Assembly: GCF_000143415.4 (NCBI RefSeq)
Contig: NW_003314342.1
Location: 206,074-270,073, forward strand
Reading direction: 5' to 3'
Source: Selaginella moellendorffii
Lineage: Eukaryota; Plantae; Lycopodiophyta
Length of the DNA stretch: 64,000 nt
The position numbers and the translations under genes are program-made. Position 1 is the stretch's first letter, and every line of letters starts with the position of its first letter. The notes below the pieces were generated by a model. That model made no database searches and was not told the DNA's origin. It was given only the letters and a program-made list of their open reading frames with translations. Shown here in pieces: positions 22,311 through 33,115 of the stretch.

Positions 22311-25300
22311 ATGGCCGATAGAGGTAAGAGGCAGCGGGAGGATTGGGGAGAGGATTCGGTAGAAGCCCGAAAGAGGAGACGGCAAGAAGAGATGGAGCAG
22401 CTGCGATTGCTACAAGAGAGGGTGCGATCGATGGAGATGAGCTATCGTGAATGCCCGGAGGACCTGTTCGATGATTTTGAAGGTTTCGATCCTGAGTGGA
22501 AGCAGAGGTATCTGGATCTGCTGCTTGAGAGTTGGGACAAGTTGTCGCCAGAGCAGCATGAAAAACACAAAGGCATCGGCCCACGGTATGTACTTGAAAT
22601 GGCGCTGCAACAAGTAGACAACAAGGCGCGGGAATCAAAAGTGAGAATGGTGTTGGAGAAGTACCCAGTGCTTCTTTTCGAATCTTGGGAGTGTGTCCAC
22701 AACAAGGTGAAGGGCGAGGAATGGCTTGATGAAATCTATAGAGCTTGCTGGTACAAGCTGACACCGGAGGAGCAGCAGCAGTACAAGGAATTCCGTCCAC
22801 AACATGGCATAGAGTTAACGGCGGCAAGTAAGTGCGTCAGTTTGCATGAATGTTTATGTTTGCTGCTGCTACAGGTCGAGCATTTGACATGGAGTATGAG
22901 GGCAGTGGAGTAGACTCGCTTTACGACGCCCTGAACAAGATCAAGAAGGAGACTGATTTTTCACGTATCGTTGGTCTCTTCCAGTCCAGCGGCTGGGGTA
23001 AGTCGAGGGTGGTTCGAGAGTTACATCGGAAACAGGTTTGGATCATTTACTTGTCGCTGGGTTCTGGCTCCTGTTATCCTCAGCCTTCATATTTTAGAGA
23101 TGTTTTCCTCGGCCGTGCAAGGCAGGCACTGGGAAATGGAGATCACGCAGGCCATCTCGCATGCATGACCTACTGTCTGGCTTATTGGATCGCATGCATT
23201 GAGGAGCTGGGTGGAGGACTAGCGAAAGAGGAGCCGTGGACGCTGCAGGTGTTTGCAAACATGATGACGGTAGATGGTGGAAAGGACTTTTGGCCCGGAG
23301 TGGAGAATCGGATTAAAAAACTGATAAGAAAACTTGACCAGGAACTTAAGCCTCGAGAGAAGATAAAGGCCAGTACTCAGTTGGAACTATGGACGACATG
23401 GGAGACTAAAGCCACTGATGTCTTCAAGAGGTATATTCGTGAGGTCCCTGCTTTGGAAATTGGTACGGAGACAACAGGCCAACCGTTGAAGCTGCTGTTC
23501 GTCTTCGATGAAGCCCGGTCGCTGTTACCTTCCAAAGATGGACGGGAAGAAAACGTGTACATCCCACTTCAAAGATCTACACGAGTGTTAGGTGGAACAT
23601 GTTTAACTCTGTTCATAGACACTACATCCAGGGTCGCCAATTTCTTAGAACCTGAGTGGTGCGATCCTTCTGCACGGAGTCGGAATCCGGTCCCTGGGTT
23701 TTTTCTTCCGTCTCCTTTGATTGCCTTCTTCAAGGGAGATATCGGGGAAAACAGCACACTTCTGCCGGCTACGTCTACACAGGGGAATTGTTTTGAGGAG
23801 GTGGTTAGTAACGAGTGGATGCTCAAGTATGGCCGACCGCTTTGGTGGTCTCTCTACCTGAGCAACCTTGCCAAGGATCCTGATGCATGTGAATCCTGCC
23901 AGGATCTTCACCGATGGCTTGAGAGTGCTACAGATGCAGATAAAGCAGAGGCGTTTCAAACGGTATTTGGAATTGCGCATTATAAGCTTACCTTGGTTAC
24001 GACTAGAGATATCAACCGGTACAGCGAGCATGCGCGCATTGCCATGTTGGGAGTCAGATACGGGATTTCCATAGATGCTTCGTCCAAACTCGTAGAGGAT
24101 TTGATTGCGAGTCATATGCTGACTGGATTGTACGTGACAAGTTGCCAATCCCGGTTGTTTGCTGCATGGGCAGCTGAGCCGCTTCTTTCTGAAGCTGCAT
24201 TGGTGTGTATCCAACAGTTCAAGGAGACACCAGATGGCTACAGGCTTCTGTTTAAGCCCTTCCAAACATTGTTGTCTGGGGGCATTGTAGACAAAGGTGA
24301 ACAGGGGGAGCTACTTTTAAGGATCATACTCTTGGAGGCAGTAGACAAGGCACGGGAAATGACTGGAGAAAAACGATCTTGGTGTACAGTGGACGAGTTT
24401 TGCTCTCAACTGGTGAAAACGCCACTCGGCGAGCTTGCGCAGCAGAAGAAGATGCCTCACCAGGAAAAGGTGCAAGCTGTCGCACAAGGCAAGATAAGTA
24501 TCAACTGCTTCCGCAGGATCTACAAAAACAAGACAGACTTGTCTGATCTCGTTGAGGCCTTTAAAAGGCGTTGTGGGCTAGTATGCTACCGTGGTGCGTG
24601 GGGTGTCGACATCTTAGTGCCCATTCATTTGGGAGATATGAAGGACAGGCTGAACTTGAGCGCGCTCTTCATTCAGGCAAAAGATATGAAGAGATCGTCC
24701 GGGCTGATTGCTCTTGCCAAAAACTCTCCACAGTTTTCAAGCCTCGGATGTTTGGACGAGTCACCATATCTGAGTTTATATATGAACCTCAATTCTGGTT
24801 CTGGGAATGTGAACAAAGTGGATATGGTGGCACCGGAGTGTGTTTGGAAAGCAGTTAGGAAATGTAAGGAGGCTCAGAAGGCAGTGCAGCAGCTGGGGTC
24901 TAAGGTGCATGAAATTCGGAAGAAGCTAAAACGGGAGGTTTGTGTAGGTACTTTTGTATCATCTCTTTTCTGATTTTTTCTTTATCACAGGGTGGATACC
25001 CAATGACAAGAGCGCGTAGGCGGGATGGAGGGGCAGCTCAAGAAGAACAGGTTCTTTTGGCGTTGTATCATCTCTTGTGTGACTTTTGTATTCTGGTGCA
25101 GTTTGAGAGAGAGTCGACAGCTGAACAAGAACAGGTTCTTGAAAATTGAGTAAATCCACTTTTGTATCTTTTCTGATTCTGTCTGTATGGTGCAGTATGA
25201 AGGGAAGAATCCAACTCAACAAGAACAGGTTCTCTTGGCATTGTATCATCTGTTTCTTTACTCTTGTATTCTGGTGCAGTCTCAGAGCGAGTTGGAGTGG

Positions 25301-25973
25301 ACATCTGTTCTTGAAAATCCAATAAATCCAGAAGAACAGGTTTGTGTAGGCACCTTTATATCTTTTCTGATTCTATCTGTGTGGTGCAGCATGAAGGGAA
25401 GAATCTAGCTCAACAAGAACAGGTTCTCTTCTCTTGGCGTTGTATCATCTGTTTCTTTACTCTTGTATTCTGGTGCAGTCTGAGAGAGAGTTGGGCTCTG
25501 AGTGGACAACTGTTCTTAAAAATCCGTTAAATTCAGAAGAACAGGTTTGTGTAGGCACCTTTATATCTTTTCTGATTCTTTCTGTGTGATGCAGCATGAA
25601 GGGAAGAATCCAGCTCAACAAGAACAGGTTCTCTTGGCATTGTATCATCTCTTTCTTACTTTGTTTTGTGGTGCAATCTCAGGGGGGGAAGGACGTAATG
25701 ATTCAGCATTGGAAAGAATGGATGACAGCAGACATAAAAAATCAGATCATAGTCAAAACCAGAGGGTTGGACTGCTTGTCATTGGATGCTGACTTGCTAA
25801 AGATTTTAGAGGCTATAAAGAACGTTCAGGTGTGGCCAGAAAAGATCGTTAAGATCATTCCAGAAGATGGCGCCAAGAGGCACCAGGCTATTAAGCAGAT
25901 TTGGGAAGTGCAAGACCCATTTCTGCAGGACATGTTTGGGATCTTGAACATTAATGACTTAACTCTAACGTGA
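22311..25973 (+). CDS. Crinkler-like P-loop NTPase + PD-(D/E)xK-fold nuclease protein (about 1060 aa if all exons are used)
   Basis: Exon 22311-22827 splices in frame (47-bp GT-AG intron) to exon 22875-24937, which has Walker A QSSGWGKS, Walker B LFVFDEA, YGRPLW, EPLLSEAA, KGEQGEL and GVDILVP...IQAK. Seven phase-0 micro-exons and a last exon 25683-25973 follow. Confidence 0.65.
24938..25682 (+). repeat. Tandem intron + micro-exon repeat array
   Basis: Alternating units ending GAAGAACAG/CAAGAACAG-GT and restarting after GGTGCAG; two intron types are repeated. Confidence 0.8.
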
Positions 25974-26289
25974 AGTGCAAGACCCATTTCTGCAGGACAT
26001 GTTTGGGATTAATGACTTAACTCTAATGTGAAGTGGAATAGTCACTGTAATTGTCTTGTTACAATTTTCCCAGAAACATAAGAGTACTGTTCATTACAAA
26101 TCTATATTACAACCTTGGTTTCAAAGCGTGGTTTCAGCAACCTTGGTTTCAATGCCTGGTTTCAGCAACCTTGTTATAAATGTAGAATTCACCAAAAATG
26201 ATAAAACTAAAAACACAAGAACAATGAAACTATGATAGTAAATATTTATTTTAATGCATAGACATTTTGCAATTGGGCAATAAAAGATT

Positions 26290-27700
26290 TAAAACAACCC
26301 CTTCTTGCATAAAGCTTTAGCAAGGGATTCTAGAGCTTTGAGGGTTAGGTTGCTCATACATGCTAAATGTGTAACAGCCCCAATATCTTTATGAGGTGGT
26401 GGTGTTAGGAGAGGATCTGGTAGAAAAGCCTCCAACCGTGTCTTAGGCTCATTCATAATAGCAATAAGGGTTTGCTCACTAGATGATGCAAAAGTGACCA
26501 CCAAAATGACTGGAGGAACTAGCAGTAGTGGTGTTGGTAGGAAAGTTGTATCACCACCAAGTGGAGGAGGCATTGCTCCTCTTGGAACAAGTTTCTTCTA
26601 AACTGCTGGTGCTAGAGGCTGGATTAACTCCTCATCCAGCATTAGGGACAAGTCCACCAGATTAGAATTGGAGGAAGCAATACCTTGAATATAGCAATAG
26701 AGTTCTTGCTTGTTAAGAGAAATATTTTAGCTGACCATGAGCTTTTTGAGAGCAAGATGCAGTAAGGCTTAAAATGAGCATAGTAGTCCACGATAGTCTT
26801 TTGGCTCATAAGCTCTAGTGTCTGCTGAATTGCATCTAGAATGTGAGTGTATATTGTACAGCCAAAGACTCTAAAGTGCCCTATTTGAGGGAGTTTCCCT
26901 TGTCAAAACATGATACAGAACCATGCTAGTGCTCCTTGTGGGAAGATGGTTGTGGATATAAACAATTATGTTGAAGTGTGATTAAGTTGCTCTGCCATGC
27001 CATTCTATTGGGGAGTATAGGCTGTTATATACTGGTGAACGATGCCAGCCTCAGGTAGGTAGCACACATCATTATAAACTAGATCCAACAAGTTTGTAGC
27101 TTGCTCCTCCATGGTTCTTGATATGAATGAAAGGCAAACTTTCATGCCAAGATGGCAAGCTTCACTCAGATGGCTGGTTAGGAGTGTGATGCCTTCAACA
27201 AGTTGGTTGCAAGCTAAGGCATGCAAATTTAGTTCATTGACATGCCCATACTAACATGCCACAGCTTGATGGTTTCACATGCTTGAAGAGTAAGCACTTG
27301 AGCTAGAAATACCAGTTCCATGTTTAAATGATAGAGAGTTTCATACTTGATGCCACTAGCCATATGAGTATTATAATAAGCATAAATTGTGCACCCTTCT
27401 ACCAAGAAAGTGGTGGTAAAGCTTTGATTTCAGCCTGCACCTATGGAAAAAACGGTTTACCATATTTGCAACTTCCTTTTTGTCCACTACTACCTTTGGC
27501 TTCTTTTCAAGCCCAATATCATTTTAATTTTTATCTTAAGTATACCTTTTTTCCCCAGCTCAAAAATCTTGGTGATCCTTTGGTGACTATTGTGATTGGT
27601 AAGTTCCCCATTGTGCTGGGTATTGGACCTGTTAAATTGTTCCCCCTCAAATCGTTCTAATTTACTCATATTGGAAATAGTTTCAAGAATTTCTCCACTC
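26290..27700 (-). mobile_element. Decayed Ty1/Copia internal region
   Basis: Fragments of gag start (LERFEGEQF), gag-pre-integrase (KLWH), integrase (ATNLLDLVYNDVC) and HFRVFGCTIY; heavily interrupted. Confidence 0.6.
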
Positions 27701-27879
27701 AACCTTTGCTACAATTTGCCAACAATTCTGGAATTGGTTAAATTTGAGAGGCAACTTTAACAGCTCACAATTTGAGAGAAGTGGAGGAATTTGGTCATTG
27801 ATTCTGTTGGATTAAAACCTTAGACATGATTTTCTTACCTAATTTCGGGATTTCATTCTCTCACTAAAGCAAAAATAAA

Positions 27880-28155
27880 TTGTTATGTGTTGCATGTAGC
27901 AACACTTGGTTTGTGCTATTCTTACTAATTGATCAAATAAAGTATAGTTATAAGCATGTTTATCAACAAAATAAAAAAGAATATACTAAAAAGGGTTTAA
28001 GAAAGTTTACAAATTATAAACATGTTTATACATTATAAATACAAAATTAATCTAAATAAATAACAACCATTAGATAGCAAAATATCCTAAGCATATTTTA
28101 AATATATTCACTACCATTTTAGTCCCACTATAGATTTGCTTAAGCAAACCAAAAG
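27880..28155. repeat. AT-rich dispersed repeat ending in the palindrome TTTGCTTAAGCAAA
   Basis: An inverted homolog with the same palindrome lies at about 55560-55830. Confidence 0.5.
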
Positions 28156-28323
28156 GAAACAATATCCCTTTAAACTTGAATGTACCTAATGTAATTTACA
28201 GTTCATCATCCGTCTCAGACCCAACTCACCCAACTCTTGAATCGCGGATTAAAAATAATATTGAGAGAAGCGAGAGAAAAAAAGGAAAAAGAGGAGAGAG
28301 AAAAGATGGCGTTCCTTCGACTC

Positions 28324-30036
28324 TCAGAGCTGGAAAATTGTGGTGGTGGAGCTGATCGCGTTGTAGATGAGCGTCCCCGCTGTGGGAGTGAACTGCTTGG
28401 TCACCAGCTTGATGGCTTCCTGCGACGCAATCCCCCCGACGACAGCGCCAACGCAGTGGATCTCCCCGCCTCCAAACCGGCAAAACTCGTACACGAGCTC
28501 CTCCGAGACGCCACCGTCCAGTCCAATCTCGCCCGCCAGTTTGTGCGCAATCGCCCCGACCTTGGCCGCGTCCTCCTCCACCGTCTCGTCCGCCATAGCC
28601 CCCGGGAACCTCCCAAACTCTTCGGCGAATCTGTCCACCGCTCGAAACATGAGGTAGATCGCGTAGTTTGTGTTGTCTCCCTCGAACGGGAGATACTTCT
28701 GGAGCTTGGCCCCGACCTCTTTCAAGCCCAGCTCCTCCGCCAGCGAGCGGTACCTCAGCACCCTCAAGTTCCTCGAGTTCTTGCAAAAGTGCTTGATCGC
28801 GGCCCTGGAGATGGAGTCCGGATCTCTTCCCAGCTGCGAGAGGATGCTCCTTACGTGGGCTTCCACGGCCGAGACATCCGACTCGGCCTTGGCCTGGTAG
28901 CAGCGCTGGAGGAGGATGTAGTACTCGGTGAAAGAATGCATGTCCGGGATGGCACCGTCGAGTGGAAACTCTCCGCCACCCTCCGAGGCCACGAATCTCT
29001 TGAGCGCCGCCACGAGTATCCAAAAGTCCGAGGAGCTAGAGTCGACGTCGGCAGCGCCGTCTTCCAGGATGGCTTTCACTTCCGAGCTCAGCGATGGCGG
29101 AGACCAGACTTTGCTCGCCGCCGCCACCGCCTCCTTGTAGTTGTCCTCGTCCTGTGCCTGCTTCTTCGACGCCACCAGGGACTTAAACTCGGATCTCTCC
29201 TTGGTGGTCGACGGGAGAGCGCCGCCGTGCTTGCTCCTCCACTCCTCACACACCTTGAGAAGGATGATCGCGAAAGGGATGTGCTTGTGGACGAGAGAGT
29301 CCTCGGTCTCCAAGTTAAACTCTTCGACGAACGTGGTGAGCTCCGGCCATGGCCTGTGGAGCCGGAGATCGCTCACGGTGTTGTCGGGCTTGCTCTCGAT
29401 CACCGCGTGCTCGCGGAGGCTGATCCTCACGTACCCGGTCAGTCCATAGGATCGCGCGACGAGCAGCATCACGGAGAAGCGCCGGCAAACCTCGTCCAGG
29501 ATCACCAAGCTCCTGTCACGCATCTGGGTGGCGATCACGAGCGTGAACCTCGCGAAGAATCCCGGGTCGGAGTCAAGCAGAGACTCGGGCGAGGCGTCGA
29601 TGTGGTCGATCAACACCGAGTCGTTCATCTCCTGGAGCAATGCGGCCATGCTCTTGGCTCGCGGCTGGCCTAGATTCTCGGCGCTGAGGAGGAAATTGTT
29701 GCCAAGGTCGGATTCATGGACCAATCCCCCGTCCACGGCCGTGACATTGCCAATCCCTCCCAGGACGAGATTCTTGAGCGCCTCGCTGCCCGTGGCTCCG
29801 CAATTCAAGAGGCAGACGCTGGCTTGCTCCAGCGCGCCCTGCCCGTGCTCGCCCCAAATCCGGAGCTGCCGATCATACTTGTTGCTCCTCGTCGCCGCCG
29901 CCGCCGCCGCCTTCTTTTGCTCGTCGCCGCTGCCGCCATTGGCGTGCGCCATCAAACCTGGGCAGTGGCGAATCGCAGCAGCCCCGTCGCGCTCCTCCTT
30001 GCCCGCCGCTGCTGCCTCCTCCCGCTCGCGTTTCAT
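28324..30036 (-). CDS. AXR1: NEDD8/RUB-activating enzyme E1 regulatory subunit (AXR1/NAE1), intronless
   Basis: KYDRQLRIWGEHGQ, LLNCGATGSEALKNLVLGG, HKHIPF, PLDGAIPDM and GGIASQEAIKLVTKQFTP in one 570-aa ORF. Confidence 0.93.
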   Translation of the reverse strand: MKREREEAAAAGKEERDGAAAIRHCPGLMAHANGGSGDEQKKAAAAAATRSNKYDRQLRIWGEHGQGALEQASVCLLNCGATGSEALKNLVLGGIGNVTAVDGGLVHESDLGNNFLLSAENLGQPRAKSMAALLQEMNDSVLIDHIDASPESLLDSDPGFFARFTLVIATQMRDRSLVILDEVCRRFSVMLLVARSYGLTGYVRISLREHAVIESKPDNTVSDLRLHRPWPELTTFVEEFNLETEDSLVHKHIPFAIILLKVCEEWRSKHGGALPSTTKERSEFKSLVASKKQAQDEDNYKEAVAAASKVWSPPSLSSEVKAILEDGAADVDSSSSDFWILVAALKRFVASEGGGEFPLDGAIPDMHSFTEYYILLQRCYQAKAESDVSAVEAHVRSILSQLGRDPDSISRAAIKHFCKNSRNLRVLRYRSLAEELGLKEVGAKLQKYLPFEGDNTNYAIYLMFRAVDRFAEEFGRFPGAMADETVEEDAAKVGAIAHKLAGEIGLDGGVSEELVYEFCRFGGGEIHCVGAVVGGIASQEAIKLVTKQFTPTAGTLIYNAISSTTTIFQL

Positions 30037-30158
30037 GCCTGGAGCATCGGCGCAAACCCTAGCCTGTCCCCGGAAGAACCCTAAAATGGTAAAGCCCTAG
30101 TACGCATCACCTTTTCAGCTGGCAAAAATACGAAGTAAATTTCGCACCCTAAAATCTT

Positions 30159-31901
30159 TTACCTGCCTTTCAGCTGATCGTAGAAAGTAACTACCTCGGG
30201 GTGAACTCGGATCTTGAGGGGATCGAATCCCAGTAGCCGCAGTCCGTGCAAGCTCCGTACTCTAGAGAGCGCGACGTACACCATGCCGTACTCAAAGGTC
30301 CTGGAGAGGTCCGTCTCCACGCAGTCGAGCGTCATCCCCTGGCACTTGTGGACGCTCAAAGCCCACGCCAGGATCAATGGAAGCTGCAATCTCTTGGCCA
30401 CTTCCACCTCGCCTTCCATGACGCTCCACGCCTCCGGCCGGATGATCCACTCGCTAGAACCCGAGTGATTGAATCGCACCACCGGGAGTCCTCCGCCTGG
30501 CGAGATCCGGAGCTCGCTCTTCTCCGGGGCCGTGAAGCCCACCACGATCCCGCGAGCTCCATTCACGAGCCCCTGCTCGGTGCCGAGGTTCTTGATGAGC
30601 ATCACTTGGGCTCCGATCGCGAGCGTGATCTCGGCTTCCGCGCGGCTGCCGTTGAGCATCTGTGTTCTTCCCGAGTCCTTGGCGGAGAAGGTGACGGACT
30701 TTGACGATGGGTTGAGTGACCGGAGCTTCTGCTCGTTCTCGCGGTCGACGTCGGCTCGCCGGGGATAGAGTCGCGTCGGCTCGATGCCTGGAGCAGTGGA
30801 GATGCTTGTGCAAGACTTGAGCCTCGTCTCGGTGGCGAAAGAGCACTCGCCGCGGCGGATCTCGTTGAGCATCCCGACGAACTCCCGATCAGACTGGCGG
30901 AAAACCTGTGTCAGCTCCATCTGGAGATCGAAGCATTCCTTCCAGCACTTCGCGTTGAAGACGAACGACTTGGTCTCTCCGGGCTTTTGAACTGGCGGGA
31001 GCTGAAAGAAATCGCCGGTGACGATCAGCTGCAAGCCACCGAAACGCTCTTTGCTCCTCCTCACGGCTCGCCCCACAAAGTCCACCTTGTCGAAGAGCTC
31101 CGCGTCGATCATGCTTATCTCGTCAATCACCAGAGCCGCAGCGTTGAGCCATCTCTGTTTCTTCTCCTTGCTTCTCATCACCATGTCGACAAGCTGCTCC
31201 TTCTTCGAGAGCCCAATGCCCACTCCAGCGAAAGCGTGAAAGGTAGTACCACCGATCGCGCACGCAGCAATCCCGGTTGACGCTGTCACGTAAACTGCCG
31301 ATGGATGGTAGACAGTCCTCAAAACTTGGATGGCTCTCTCGAGAATATAGCTCTTTCCTGTTCCAGCCGAGCCCGTCACAAAGACCGATTGCCTGTTACA
31401 CACAGCCTCCAAGACCCTGAGCTGCTCGGGAGAAGGAGTAGCCTCTTTCGTCTCAAAGTTGCCATTTTTGTTGCCAGAAGAAGTTCCTTCGTCCGCGGTG
31501 CCCATCTTCACTGCCTTGCAAGGACCAAAACTTTCTTTCTCGGGACTTGGCCGCTTTCTAGTCTCCCTCCAGCCTTCACTCTCCAAGTTCCTCACAAGAG
31601 TATCTTCTTTCCGGACGAGCGGCGGCGCTGGAATGCTGGGCTGAGCTCTGACGGTGGAATGGATAACTTCATCGTCCGATTCCCCTAGAACGATCACTTC
31701 CGGCTTCGATTTGGACGACTCACGAATGGGGCTGCTCGTAATATCGATCACTTCCTGCTGGGATGGTGTAGGAACCAGCGTACTACCTGACATTCTCGCC
31801 TGTCGCCGCGCAAGCGCCAGGTCCCTCTGCCGTAGGGCTCGATTTCTCTGCTGTTCCGTCAATACCCTCGACTGATCGTCTTTCAGCATGATCACATCCA
31901 T
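30159..31901 (-). CDS. PIF1: PIF1-family 5'-3' DNA helicase
   Basis: GSAGTGKS, TASTGIAA, DEISM, GDFFQLPPV, LVNGARG, LAWALSVHKCQGMTLD and YVALSR motifs. Probable 5' UTR intron at about 31910-31966. Confidence 0.93.
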   Translation of the reverse strand: MDVIMLKDDQSRVLTEQQRNRALRQRDLALARRQARMSGSTLVPTPSQQEVIDITSSPIRESSKSKPEVIVLGESDDEVIHSTVRAQPSIPAPPLVRKEDTLVRNLESEGWRETRKRPSPEKESFGPCKAVKMGTADEGTSSGNKNGNFETKEATPSPEQLRVLEAVCNRQSVFVTGSAGTGKSYILERAIQVLRTVYHPSAVYVTASTGIAACAIGGTTFHAFAGVGIGLSKKEQLVDMVMRSKEKKQRWLNAAALVIDEISMIDAELFDKVDFVGRAVRRSKERFGGLQLIVTGDFFQLPPVQKPGETKSFVFNAKCWKECFDLQMELTQVFRQSDREFVGMLNEIRRGECSFATETRLKSCTSISTAPGIEPTRLYPRRADVDRENEQKLRSLNPSSKSVTFSAKDSGRTQMLNGSRAEAEITLAIGAQVMLIKNLGTEQGLVNGARGIVVGFTAPEKSELRISPGGGLPVVRFNHSGSSEWIIRPEAWSVMEGEVEVAKRLQLPLILAWALSVHKCQGMTLDCVETDLSRTFEYGMVYVALSRVRSLHGLRLLGFDPLKIRVHPEVVTFYDQLKGR

Positions 31902-32027
31902 CTCTCGGCCTGCAGGAAAGAGTCTCGTTACCTAGAGGAGAGCGCAAGAGAATTCAATGATCATACCTCGCTCCACAAGCCCCAAAACGAACCGAATGAA
32001 GAACCCTAAGTGGGAAGAGTAGTCAAA

Positions 32028-32151
32028 GCGCGAAACTTTCAAAATTTGGGCGCGAAATAGGCGGCTGAGATTTAAAAAAAGAGAGTAAATGCCGTCGAAT
32101 CCTAAAAGAATATGCTTCGGCGTCGTTTGGAGCAAGGGAGAGCTTTGGCGC
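32028..32151. promoter_or_regulatory. Bidirectional PIF1/IPP-2 promoter with three E2F-consensus sites
   Basis: TTTCGCGC on the minus strand at 32028-32035 and 32050-32057; TTTGGCGC at 32144-32151. Confidence 0.55.
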
Positions 32152-32259
32152 ATTCCATCGCGGCGCGACGAGCAACCACGATCCCTGATCGATCATCCTA
32201 GGAGGCGGCGCTAGGATCGGGAGTTAGGGTAGATTAGGGCCGGCATTTCTCCCGGAGGA

Positions 32260-32868
32260 ATGAAGCGCGGCAACAGCCACAGCAGAGCGAGGTAAGATCG
32301 ATCAATCGATCGATCGATCGCGAGAGCGCATTTCTTCGTTGCTAATCTCTTTGCTCGTGATCGTTTCCCAGTTTCAGAGTAGCGTGGGACGAGAACAATC
32401 TCGACTATCTGGAGACGCACAAGACGCCCAAGCAGAAAATCGACGAGCCAAAGACGCCATTCCACGCGCCTGGTACGTCGAGATCTGGCCTTTTGCTCGC
32501 GATCCACCGAAATATTTCCCCCTCTTCAGAGAAATCTTTCTTCTTGGCTTGGCGCAGGAGATTTGTCGCCGATTCCCGACGACTCCAAGACGTCCGTGGA
32601 TCCCAATGTCCTCCGCCACGCTCTCGAGAACGTCGCCTCCTCCAGCAGCGATCACGGATCTAGCAGCAGTGCTAGCAACGGGAAATCGAGGCGCAAGAGT
32701 TTTGAGGATGTCCGGCGCGAGCACTACTCCGAGTTTAAGACGTCCAAGATGCTACTCCAGAATGTGAAGGATGAGGAGGATTTGGATCTGGACAGGAACC
32801 AATTGGCCGGCGGTGTTAGCGGGATTAGAATCGAGGAGAATAGCCAGGGATCATCCAAGTCGAGCTGA
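32260..32868 (+). CDS. Protein phosphatase 1 inhibitor-2
   Basis: Exons 32260-32291, 32378-32472 and 32558-32868 give RVAWDENNL, KQKIDEPKTPFH and FEDVRREHYSEF, the IPP-2 signature motifs. Confidence 0.88.
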
Positions 32869-33115
32869 GAAGAGCAAGCGATCTTTTCTTCTCTTTCTCT
32901 CTGGGAAGAACACACAGGGACAGGGAAGGATCCTCTCATCGGTTTTTTTGCCTCTCTTCTTTCTCTACATCATTGGGTGGCCGGGGACCTGGCCATTTCA
33001 TTGTTTGGCCGGGCAGGGGATTGGGCCACGTGTCCTATGCCGGAGACGTGGCAGTTTGATTAGTTTGGCCGGACAGGGGGGGTTGGGCCACGTGGCAAAA
33101 CCCTATTTCTAAGCG

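Noticed and set aside
28237-29673. 478-aa ORF antisense to AXR1 (and similar antisense ORFs over PIF1 and the coiled-coil gene)
   Set aside because: Expected shadow ORFs from GC-rich codon usage; no independent protein features.
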